From IMG/VR virus record IMGVR_UViG_3300025585_000054, positions 1 through 55,308 of that record: 55,308 nucleotides of DNA, one strand, 5' to 3'. The notes below the pieces were generated by a model that saw nothing but the letters and a program-made list of their open reading frames with translations, did not search any database and was not told where the DNA came from. The DNA comes from a virus. Its lineage: Duplodnaviria > Caudoviricetes. Shown here in pieces: positions 25,001-35,800 of this stretch; the stretch's first letter is position 1; each line of letters opens with the position of its first letter. Made by a program: the position numbers and the translations under genes.

Positions 25001-25291
25001 CTAGCCTAATACTTTAGTCTCAGAAAGACGAGTATTAGCATCCGTGCCACCAAACCACATGGAATACAGAGCCTGCGAAGAGGCCCAGATGACTGCAAAC
25101 TTCGACGCAACATCCGAGAAACTACGGATTTCACCATTCAGGGCAGCGCCAATGAGAGCGATTACCAGACAGAATGCCATCGAAAATACAATCTTGACAT
25201 TGCTCGGCCACTTTTGAGCCTTAAGAAAAGAAATTAAGGGCGTGGCTGCAATACCAGTAATAATTGATAAAAAGATATCTCCTGAATTCAT
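25001..25291 (-). CDS. Putative holin
   Basis: 96 aa, 2-3 hydrophobic segments, P.LIS...W...K and SQALY pattern; AAGGAGG RBS. Confidence 0.65.
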   Translation of the reverse strand: MNSGDIFLSIITGIAATPLISFLKAQKWPSNVKIVFSMAFCLVIALIGAALNGEIRSFSDVASKFAVIWASSQALYSMWFGGTDANTRLSETKVLG

Positions 25292-25324
25292 ATTTCCTCC
25301 TTATTTATATTACCTATCACGACG

Positions 25325-26572
25325 TTACCAGCCCTCAGCAGATCGGTCTACGCAGTAGATACCTGCCTCAAGTGTAACGCCATGTTCCCGGGTAATTACT
25401 GCAAAAGCCTGAGTAGGCTCCTCATATGCAAAATTATTCAAGAATGCATACTCGTCTATCCCTTTCATAGAGCCATTAACAGTAACCTTGCCGGTGCGAG
25501 TGTAGGCATGAAAATGCCCTACCCACATATGATCGTGTTCATCTCCCATAGATGCATTACGCTTGCGCTTGCGTGCGTCAAAGATAGCGGCAGGATTCAC
25601 TAATCCTGCCAAACCTCCACCGCCCTTCATTTGATCACCATGTGTGACCAACATTCTACGCCCATAAATTTCGATATAGGCATCAGCGCACAGTGGGATA
25701 TTCCACGAAAATCTTCTATCCGTCTTAAGATGACGCTGCAGCATCAAAGCTAGCAGGTGATCCCACGAATCTTCGGTTCGCCCTTTCATTCTAGGCTTAG
25801 GCGACAGCCTACCATGATTACCCACTACGGAGACAACGTGGGTAGGGCCATAGGCATCAGCGATTGTTTCTAGGAACTTAGCAAGGTGGTCTACCCAGAA
25901 GTCTACAGTGGGAATCATTGATGATTCCTCGTTGAAGATAGTGTCATCATGTAGACTACCGGCCACCATGTCTCCACCAAGGATAACAATAGCACCTTCA
26001 TACTCAAAACCACTCATAAGATTCTTACCCATATTGACAGCACCATCAGCAGTTTTCTGGAGGCGCTTCAGGGCGATCTCACGATTAAAAGCATTCATTC
26101 CGGCTACTTCAGATGGCTTCACTATCTCATCGAGGTGAAGGTCAGAAAGCATAATTAAAGCTGTGGCAGCGCCCTTTCGACGCGCTCTTGACTTAGACCA
26201 AGGAACACTTTCCACCGAAATCTTGCTAGCCTTCAATAGAATTTCATTGGCGGCCTTGTATTCCGCAGCTTCCAACTCTGCTGCCTTATGGGCCTGTCTT
26301 GCGAGGCTGCGTTCATTTCTAGCCGTAATTAATTCTCGCTCTAACCGGACAACTCTTTTCTGTAAGTCCGCTGATTCTGTATCAGTCATTGATACTTCCT
26401 GAGTTTTTGATGGGCAAATTCCAAACTTTACTCTAGCATCAGCAATTGTTCTTCTAGCGACAGAGAAGCCGCGATCCTTAAAGTATGCCACTACATCTAA
26501 GTCTGTGCTAATTTCAGGTAAATCGTAAATACCTTTAAGCGTTTGCTCATCAAGCCAAGGCTTATTGTCCAT
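25325..26572 (-). CDS. Calcineurin-like metallophosphoesterase with N-terminal HTH and coiled coil
   Basis: SDLH, GGD, GNHGR, THGD, GHFH. Confidence 0.85.
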   Translation of the reverse strand: MDNKPWLDEQTLKGIYDLPEISTDLDVVAYFKDRGFSVARRTIADARVKFGICPSKTQEVSMTDTESADLQKRVVRLERELITARNERSLARQAHKAAELEAAEYKAANEILLKASKISVESVPWSKSRARRKGAATALIMLSDLHLDEIVKPSEVAGMNAFNREIALKRLQKTADGAVNMGKNLMSGFEYEGAIVILGGDMVAGSLHDDTIFNEESSMIPTVDFWVDHLAKFLETIADAYGPTHVVSVVGNHGRLSPKPRMKGRTEDSWDHLLALMLQRHLKTDRRFSWNIPLCADAYIEIYGRRMLVTHGDQMKGGGGLAGLVNPAAIFDARKRKRNASMGDEHDHMWVGHFHAYTRTGKVTVNGSMKGIDEYAFLNNFAYEEPTQAFAVITREHGVTLEAGIYCVDRSAEGW

Positions 26573-26583
26573 AAATAATTATA

Positions 26584-27015
26584 TCATCCTTGTTCTTTTT
26601 TTAAGAACTTACCAGATGCGTCCCGCTGACGGGGACCCTCCATTCTGCGTTTTTCTCGGATTTTATTCCGGAGTGCCGTTCGGCGCTCCAATGATACCAC
26701 CTTACCCTCCGCATGTAAAGCAGCATGTTCCTCACGAGTTGTTAAAAATAAATTTTCTACTCTATTGTCTACTTTGACTTCGTTGACATGATGAACTGAC
26801 TCCCAAGGAGCGAGGATTCTACCGTAGTAAGCTTCCATGACTAGTCGATGTTCATAGACATATCCATGATTGGTATAAGGATGATCTGTCCTTAGCACTC
26901 TAACGTAGCCTTTGTCATCAATATACTTTCCGCCGGTAAAATTTGGATTATCTGGACCTGAGGGTACGTTCCTACCCCAAGAGATATCCTTGCGTCGTGA
27001 TATTAATCCACCCAT
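26584..27015 (-). CDS. HNH endonuclease
   Basis: GY, YEHRLVME, VHHVNEVKVDNRVENL, EHAALH. Confidence 0.88.
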   Translation of the reverse strand: MGGLISRRKDISWGRNVPSGPDNPNFTGGKYIDDKGYVRVLRTDHPYTNHGYVYEHRLVMEAYYGRILAPWESVHHVNEVKVDNRVENLFLTTREEHAALHAEGKVVSLERRTALRNKIREKRRMEGPRQRDASGKFLKKEQG

Positions 27016-27932
27016 TATACCTCATAACCGGATGCCAATATATCAGGAGTCTTGTCGTAGTTCAATTCTTTTTCGATATTTACAGAATATCTCGAATCTG
27101 GCAGTCCGCCTGTACCGATAAACTGAATCATGAGAAAAGTTTTACGAGCGGCATTGCTACTGTTCGTTGATAAGTTTGTTATTACTTTATTAGGAACGAC
27201 CGCATCTGACGATGGAGATGACGTTAGAGGAGGGGGTGGGGAGACTGGGGCATTACCAGAGTTGTAAGTTCGTGGAGATCCAAAGCCCATGCGTGTATCA
27301 GACGGTTGAATATCATTAACAATGATTCTACCGTACTGACGAAGATCTGCAGTCATGGCATCATAATTATTATTAGCTACATATGTATAGACATGCCATT
27401 CAACAATATCTCCTTTATTGAGCCAAATGTAGCCATCTGCGGCGCTAGGAACGGAGATACCTGATCTAACAAAACAAGTCCTAGCAACAATTTTACCAAT
27501 ATTGCCAGCATCTGCCCCCTCTTGAACGTTAAATAAACTAGCCCCGGTAGTCTGATCGTAGGTAGTATTGGCACTAGCTCTTCTGGAGTGACGACAAGTG
27601 ACTACAAAATGATACCCGTCTAAGATCAGGAATCCTGTTGTTGTGTTCGCGGGATTACTATTGGTAGTTTCCTGACGTGCGGCTGGGCAGGAAAAATGAG
27701 CTTTATACCATCCCGTATAAGGAATACGAAAAGCATCTAACGACAATGCTGGAATTCTTGTTGGCACGTTCCCCGGCATAGTTTCAAATCTACGACTCAT
27801 AACGGCCAAAGCAATTGTCGGGCCAGCTGCAGCATTTAAACTTAGATAATTTTCTTTATCGTTTTCAACCATCTGATTGAACGCTGAAGATGATAATGGA
27901 GTGCTTGGGGTCCATTGAACTGATTTATACAT
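27015..27932 (-). CDS. Minor tail protein
   Basis: In tail operon; N-terminus related to the two upstream genes. Confidence 0.6.
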   Translation of the reverse strand: MYKSVQWTPSTPLSSSAFNQMVENDKENYLSLNAAAGPTIALAVMSRRFETMPGNVPTRIPALSLDAFRIPYTGWYKAHFSCPAARQETTNSNPANTTTGFLILDGYHFVVTCRHSRRASANTTYDQTTGASLFNVQEGADAGNIGKIVARTCFVRSGISVPSAADGYIWLNKGDIVEWHVYTYVANNNYDAMTADLRQYGRIIVNDIQPSDTRMGFGSPRTYNSGNAPVSPPPPLTSSPSSDAVVPNKVITNLSTNSSNAARKTFLMIQFIGTGGLPDSRYSVNIEKELNYDKTPDILASGYEV

Positions 27933-28834
27933 TATGGTCTCTCCGGAAGAGTGGAATTATAAGGATGATTTTCAAAAGCCTCAAACAATGGCGACACAGA
28001 GTTATCATTCTGGACTCCGGGCTCAACACCAGCGGGTTTCTCGGTTGGACCACAGTCTTCAACGGCAACGTAGCCTTTAAATTGTTTAATAGTTTCAGTC
28101 TTTTTAGCAGTCCCTGTGTTGTCAATATACTGAGTTGGCAGACCGTAAATTGGCTGACCGCCGGAGCAGTCCATGACCTCAGGAGGAATGATACCTCCAT
28201 AAGCCTTCATGGGACGATATTGCAATTTTAAAACCGCAGCACCACTTGTTTTAGCTGCCATTACCCTCACAGCGTGACACGAGCTTGGAACTGTCCCTGC
28301 AGCAGAAGCTTGTCCCCAGTCCCAAATATTCACACTGGCATTATAGGTTTTATCCCTCAATGCAACATAGTTTTCTGGGGCTGGGGTAATTCCGCCCATG
28401 TTATAGTCTGGATCTACAACGTTAGTCCAATAAAGTAAGTCATGTCTGTGAGTCATATCACGCAATCTAATTTCTATACGGCCAGAATCTCCGCCTGTTG
28501 ATTGGTTTAAGTTATTAGCTGCCCATACATAATCTAAATGTACTATAAACTTATAGTATCTATTAGATTCAAAATTAGTAATTAACCTAGACGTTTTAGG
28601 GTCAATAAATGTAGCATTTAACCAATCAACAGAATCATATTTTTGATATGAGCCAAAAGTAGAAGAATAATTAGGAAGATTATTAGCCACATTATCTAAT
28701 AACCCAAGTGTAACAATCCCTTTTGGAGATTTTTCAATGTTGTTCTTAATAAGATCATCATTATCACTCATCTGTTGCAGTAACTTATAATCTGCTTTTG
28801 TAAAAGTTGCTATATTAGGCTGTTGGATCTGCAT
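27932..28834 (-). CDS. Minor tail protein
   Basis: In tail operon; shares QM..ND...PKG N-terminus. Confidence 0.6.
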   Translation of the reverse strand: MQIQQPNIATFTKADYKLLQQMSDNDDLIKNNIEKSPKGIVTLGLLDNVANNLPNYSSTFGSYQKYDSVDWLNATFIDPKTSRLITNFESNRYYKFIVHLDYVWAANNLNQSTGGDSGRIEIRLRDMTHRHDLLYWTNVVDPDYNMGGITPAPENYVALRDKTYNASVNIWDWGQASAAGTVPSSCHAVRVMAAKTSGAAVLKLQYRPMKAYGGIIPPEVMDCSGGQPIYGLPTQYIDNTGTAKKTETIKQFKGYVAVEDCGPTEKPAGVEPGVQNDNSVSPLFEAFENHPYNSTLPERP

Positions 28835-29840
28835 TTATAGCCTCCTGAATAACTACCTCGTCTTCTTTATATAGAATAATAGCATTGGAACTACCACAAT
28901 CAGTAACTATCAATTGTGCTGTTGGTACGGACCCAGCAAATGGTGCATCAAGAGTAGAGAAGGCACCCCACATTTGATTTGGTGTGTAGTAAGAATCACC
29001 GGTGGATACTGTTGCACCGTTCTCTACAGTCGTATATTTTTGAGGTTGGCCCGGAAATAAAACAAAATCAGAAATATTATATCTACCAGTCATGTCATCA
29101 TTGTCAAGCAATTGATCTCCACCAAAATTAATATGATAAAGAAATTTATTTTGATCTGGTTCAAAAGTAACACTAGGTTCAGCGTTGTAGGTATTTCGCA
29201 TCTGATCCCAGATCTCTAATCGCAAGCCAGAATCAGATTTCCACATTACCTCATAAGTATGACTACCTGAACCGGGGTTGATGTCAAAACAATCAAAATA
29301 AAAAGAACTCGTAGCTAAGCTATACGAAGTAAGATTGGATGTGCCAGCCGGATCGCCGGGATCTCCGCGCGACGCCCATGTATCAACCAGAGACTCAGCA
29401 GAGATATCGATACCGTCTCGAACGAATTTGAAGCCTTGAATTGGCCATTGCGAGTTTGCTGCTGTTGTCGCGCTAGCAGCTGCATTACCATGAGCTAAGA
29501 GTGGAATATAAAGCTCTACATGAATGATTCTATTAGATTCAGTATTAACTGATACTGATAATCCGTTAGGGTTGATATTCCAGTTATCTACAACTCTAGT
29601 CCATTCTTTAATTTCATCAATATTATTTTGAGCATTAGCCCATAAAGATAATCCCGGAAATGCCTTATATCCAGTTGACTTAACATTTGCCGCATACATT
29701 GTTAATTCACTATAACCAATGATGCCCTTGGGTCTTGCTTCTAACTCGTCAGCTACAGTTTGATCATTTTGAATCATAAACTGCAGTTTCTCTAATGAAA
29801 CTGGCTCTGAATTCCACTGAACAGGAAAGTAATCTTGCAT
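28815..29840 (-). CDS. Minor tail protein
   Basis: In tail operon; VQW...M..ND...PKG N-terminus. Confidence 0.6.
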   Translation of the reverse strand: MQDYFPVQWNSEPVSLEKLQFMIQNDQTVADELEARPKGIIGYSELTMYAANVKSTGYKAFPGLSLWANAQNNIDEIKEWTRVVDNWNINPNGLSVSVNTESNRIIHVELYIPLLAHGNAAASATTAANSQWPIQGFKFVRDGIDISAESLVDTWASRGDPGDPAGTSNLTSYSLATSSFYFDCFDINPGSGSHTYEVMWKSDSGLRLEIWDQMRNTYNAEPSVTFEPDQNKFLYHINFGGDQLLDNDDMTGRYNISDFVLFPGQPQKYTTVENGATVSTGDSYYTPNQMWGAFSTLDAPFAGSVPTAQLIVTDCGSSNAIILYKEDEVVIQEAINADPTA

Positions 29841-32800
29841 TAGGATACCTTCCTAAGTGTCATCTTTTGCTCAATACCACCGTTATACGACATATTTATT
29901 GACATAATCCAATACTCACCATTTAAAATAGATAATCTATCAAATGTATTGATTTTTATTCTATCACCAAGCTGCAGATGAGGCAAGCCAATGGTGCTCA
30001 CTTCTAAAATTGGCACCGGCAGAGCATATTTTTGCAACAAATATTGAGCTAAATCTTTAGCATATTGAGCATCTTGAATGAGCGGATTGTCGATCTCTAG
30101 CACTTTTTCACCGTATCGACGGATATTATCCTTATAGTTTTCTGAAATTTCTACAATATTTTGTTTATTTTTCTGCTGATTAGACATAACAATACCGGCA
30201 ACACGGAAATAGTTGTCAAGTTTAGTCACAGGATTGTTGCCTTCGAGAACAACATATTTATTGGACGGAACGACACTATCTGAAGGGTAAAGTCTAATGT
30301 ATCCGTTCAGGCCATTGAATCTCCAGTTTGAAGCTACAACAGTATCGTCAAAAATAATACCGGTAATAAATGGATAACTAACAAAGTATACTGGTGAGGA
30401 CCCCCATTCTAAACTAAATTCTCGGGCTTCACCGACTTTGGCGCCAGCTACGTGACTTTGAGCAATGCTACCCCAATATCCACGTTCTAGGTCATATAAA
30501 GTATTTCCAGTACTTTTCTTATATCTAATGAATTCGTTATCTATCTTTACAATTCCGCTATCAGGCCAGAGCGGTTCATATATACCTGCTGGATTTAAAG
30601 TAAGCGATAGTGAGATAGAATCAGTAGATGTAGCACTTAAATTAGAGGCCAACGTACATATAGCTAATGACGTATTGCCTTCTGCCGCCCAAATACCTGT
30701 TTTTGCAATCGTTGTAGAAAGTGGTGGATAAACTTTTACTATGACTTTGTTAACTTGCAATTCTACCGTTTGAGAACCAGAAACTATAGCGGCAGTTGAA
30801 TCTGTAGCGCCGCCATACTGCCCATATGAGGAAGTACCCGCTACTGGATAAAGACCTGGGTATGTCCTGAGTCCTCCGGTAATACCATATGTCACGCTTG
30901 ACCCAATAGAAATTAAATTACCATCATTAATTTCATACTGGACATCGGAGTGTTGCGAGTCTATAACGTCGTCATATGATCTACCATGCTCGTACACAAA
31001 ATTGTCATTTTCATCAAAATAGAACATTCCAATATCTGCAGTTGCAATCTTTAACATCTCGGCCCAGTAAGAATCCCCAGCGGCACCAATACTGCTGTAT
31101 ACATACTGGTAAAGGCTGATGCCACGTTTGTAGTGATTTAAAACTGTAGATAAATTTAGTTCATAGTTATAGATAGCTATATTAGAAATAGATCCTATTA
31201 AAGCATTAGATGTGGTTAAACCATGTCCGCCAATAATAGTTTTAACATAATTCTCTACAAGCGCAGCAATAGCTGTTGCCCATGTGTACTGAGCATACGC
31301 TGCTCCATTAACATAGATGGTTAATATATAATTGCTTCCCAAAACTTTTACTGTCGTTGCAACATGATACCAAGTATTTGATGTCAGCGTAGATCGTAAA
31401 CCAGTAGGTATAATGCTATATGGAGGATTATTATCAAAACGATAAATTTCAAATTTTAAGACGCCATCTGAATCTAGAAATATTCTCCACGTACCGCCTG
31501 TCACTGTTGATCCAAAGTTTTCTCTTGAAAAGAGATATTGTTTATGCGATACGTTACTGGACTTAAACCAAAACTCTACAGTGAACGAATTAAGGATGTC
31601 GGCCCGCATCGGACAGTCATCCATGTGATTAATATAACCCAAATTTTTGACAGTTGATGTTGTATTATTTAAAGTAATAGATTTTTCTATTTCTGAAGAA
31701 ATGGGGCTGCCAGTATTGTAAGTAATATAATTAGAAACATCTTTTTCATCGTAATTTGGCGATGCCCCCAGACGTAAAGATGCATAGTGATTACCTGCAT
31801 GATCTTTGAGTGCCATTGCCCCTGTTGAATACCACATGGCTTGACTTAGAGGTGAATTGCTAGTATTGGAAGTATAAGCAAATAAATAATTACCTTCTTT
31901 TGTTACATTCGGAACAATATTTTCTTTTCTTCTTCCAGATGCAGTATATGCATAGCCATCTTGACTTAAATCTTCGTAGGCATAAAATTTACCTTGATTT
32001 AAAGGCCAATGGCATAATAATCTACCCGTATTTTCATAAGAAACATTTTGATCATCGTAACCAGCTTTAATGTAATGTTTATATATAGACTCAATTGATA
32101 AAGCTCTTTTGTAAATAGCTACATGTGCTAAAACAGAGTTTAAGTTAGCTGGAGTAGATGGGGTATTCCCGATACGAAGTGTGGCATCTAAGTTAGATAA
32201 GGCATAAGCGCCCGTAGCAAGGAAAGTTTGATTAGAAGCTTGACCGTTAACAAAGATTTGAAGTCTGGCTCCGGATGCCACGATCACGATGTGCGACCAT
32301 TGTGATAATGAAATGGCATTATTGCTAGTTAAAGTGGTTATTACCGCTGCGCTAGTATTTAGAACATCAAACTGTATTTTTAAATCTGTAGTTAAATATG
32401 CTGCCCATTCTTGATTCAGTCCCGTAGATTCGAACTTAGAGACAATGCAACGCCGAGCTAAAGGGGCAGCCAGTGGTTTAATCCAAAACTCCAAACTGAA
32501 ATTAGCTTCAGTGCTTAACGAGCTTGAAAAAAGACTAAAATCATATTGCGATGCTACTGGGTTAGTTGCATTGAGAGTACTTGACGTTCCTTCAAAGGGG
32601 GTGATCGTAGTATTAGAGACATTAATAACTCCAGTAGAGTTGAAGTGCAAAGCCCTACTACTGTCTTCATTCTTAATGGGACCTTCGTAAGATGTAATGC
32701 CGGTCCCCGCCTGCGTTCCATTGCGGTCAAAGCCGGAAATGTCTCGAATAAAAGTGCCATTATGTAAGCTAGAATTTCTGATATCTAATGGCCAATAACC

Positions 32801-35800
32801 ACAAGGATTGTCCGATAAAATCAAATTTTTATAGACATAGTTACTATAAGCATTAATTTTTTGTTGATTAAATGGTTTATTCATACCATCTATAATTTGA
32901 GCTTGCGTTCGCGTCGTGGCCCAAATTTTAATTTCTCGTAAATGACCAATAAAAATAGAAGATGTTTTATTTAATGTATGTGGCCCCGTTGCGACATTAG
33001 ATGCAATACCACCAGCATTAAAGCCAGCTCCAATGAGCATCTGCCCAGAAGGCCTAAACGGCTGAAAGGTGAAGCCAGCTAACTGCGCTGCGACACCTGT
33101 GCTGCCATCAATATAATATTGAACTCCAACTCCGCTACCGGCACTGCTAAGAGCGGGATCGACTACAATAGCAATATGATGCCAGATATTATCATCAATA
33201 GCACTATCCGAGAAAAAGCCGGTGCTTGCATCGGATGGCTCAGCCTGTCCGGGTGCGAAGTTTTGAATCTTAGTTACAAGTCTTCCGTCGCTACCAATGC
33301 TAACTCTAAATTCATTTGCAAATCTTTTAGTAGCATAGTTTAAAATTGTCTTGTTGCGAGCATCTGATCCGCATTTAATCCAGAACTCTACAGTACACTC
33401 AGATGCAGGAAAGTCGTAGAATGTTCTGGGGAGCACTTTCTTCGACGCAACAGTGGTATTCTTCTGCGTACCCGAAACGGACCCGTCCCCAGCACCACCT
33501 GCCCAGAGATCACCAAATGGGTGGCTATACAGGTAAGTAGAGCCGTTAAAATATAGGCTTTTTTGCTGCATCGACGTTTCATTTAGGCGCCAAAAAACGG
33601 CTGGTTTGTCTGCGAGTACTGTACTGACATAGTTTTTGTCTATATCTAACTTAGATAAGGGGACACCAGAGCGTAGAGCTAAATCGCTGATAGCCTCGCT
33701 TGCAGTTATATCTGAAGCTAAATAGCCATCAACCACAGTAGCATCTTGCATTTTAGCACTAAAGTCACGACAGGAGACTGATACAGTCATGTTATCACTG
33801 TCTATAGACCAATTATCGGAATAAAAATATCCTTGATCTAATAATTCAATGCCGGATGATGTGTGGTAATTATATCCGATCTTAAATTTTATTCCTGGCG
33901 TAATGGTTCCGTAGTATGAACTACCGGTGTTATCTGGGTTTAACTCAAGATCAGTATTATCCAGTACTATATTGCATGTATTTGCACCGGTTGCGCCCAA
34001 TGGCACAGAAGAATCAAAATTTTCTCTGTTCTTAGAGATTTCTAGACTAACTACTCTTGCGGAAATATCTTCTATCCACCTAGGAGCGAACTCCTGAACT
34101 CTAGCTACGTCATAAGGATATAGTGTGGAGTTAATTGTTAACTCTATAGCATCGATATGTTTAGTTTGTCCGATACTATATATATAGCTAGAGTTACTTA
34201 AGTTAAAGTTTACTGATGTCCAAGTCCCAGTATCAGCGTCTCGGAATCTAAAGCTTCCTGCCTTAATACGACCATATTTAGTCGAGGAATATAAATCTAT
34301 ATAGTTAGCATAGATAGGATCAAATGATAAGTATATTTTTTGAGGCACGGTAAAATTACCTGATGCGTCAGATTTAACTTTAGACCACCAACCATACTCA
34401 TAATCGGTAAAAGCTAAAGTCTCTTCTCGCTCGGAAACATAATAATTTCCATTGGCTGTTATTACATCTCCATTTTCATCTAAGGCATCGAGAACAGCCC
34501 AAGTAATAGTATGTTCATCTTGACCGTTTATTACTTGAAGAGGGTCATAAAACTTATTAACACCTTTAAAGTTATTTGCACTTACCACTGATTGATAAGC
34601 TGTAGACCATGCGGTCAAATCAGCGTTTACATTAGATATTGATAATTCTGAAATGTAACATTTACTTAAACCTTCATTTGACTGCCTACCTCCAATAAAG
34701 AGTTTCCATTGACTATTAGTATTCATCGTTGGAGTCGCAGTAACACTAGTGGCGACAGTAGACGTATTACCGTTGATCATTATAACGGCATTATTTAATG
34801 AGTTTACAGAAAAAACAAAATGCACCCATTGATTACGTGGAATATTATTAAAAGTAACAGGCTGAACTACTGTTCCATTGTAGATAGAACCGCTAAGATC
34901 GACGGCCCCATTGGTTTGCCTTCTGAGGGTGACGTACCAGCTTCCATTTGATGTTGTCGCAGTGGTATGAAACTCCCCGCTGGGGGTTCCGAGTGCAGCT
35001 ATCATTTCGATGCTCTCGGTGCTCACTACCTTATCTTCAACATAGATCCATCCAGCCACCGTAACCTTAGCTGTACCATCGAAGACCGGAGTTCCAGTCG
35101 CTGAATTATCTGAAGTTAAATATTGATAATTGATAATTGATGTACCATTATTAAAATAATAACTAGCTGAGTCTTTGCGTCCGATGAATGGCGTCCCCAA
35201 AGCACCATTGATTTGAGGGCGGAAGTCAATACCCGCAAAAGCAGTCGGCGTACCACTAGGATTGTAGATAAATGGATTTCTGCCTTTACCGGAGTAATCT
35301 TTAACGTGAGCATGATTATAACCGGGGGACCTCAAGGCTGTGCCGATATTTAATGACCCGGTTCTCCAGCGTTGTTTAATATCTTCTAAATTGAGAGCAT
35401 TGTTGTAAATAGCAATTTCATCAATATTGCCAATAAATTTAGTATTAATGCTAGTGTCTATCCCGGGAACTGCCGTCCAATCAAAATAACGTGCGCCAAC
35501 ATATAAAGAACCGGATGTAGTATCCATAAGAGTGCCATTTAAGACATTGTTTGATCCGACTAATTGATTATTAACGTATAAAGATAAAGTCTTGCCATCA
35601 AATACAGCTACAATATGATACCACTGATTCACTACTAAGCTATTGGGTGATTTAACATCCACATATACATTTGATCTATTTTCTAATGGTTTCCAATATC
35701 CTGTATTGCTATTATATATAATAAACTTAGGATTGCCAGAATCTAAGTTTAATGTCCATTCTGGAATGCTTGATGACAATTGAATTTCGCCAGTTTCCAC

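Noticed and set aside
26584-27015. HNH gene as an intron-encoded mobile element
   Set aside because: Free-standing and translationally coupled, with intact flanking genes
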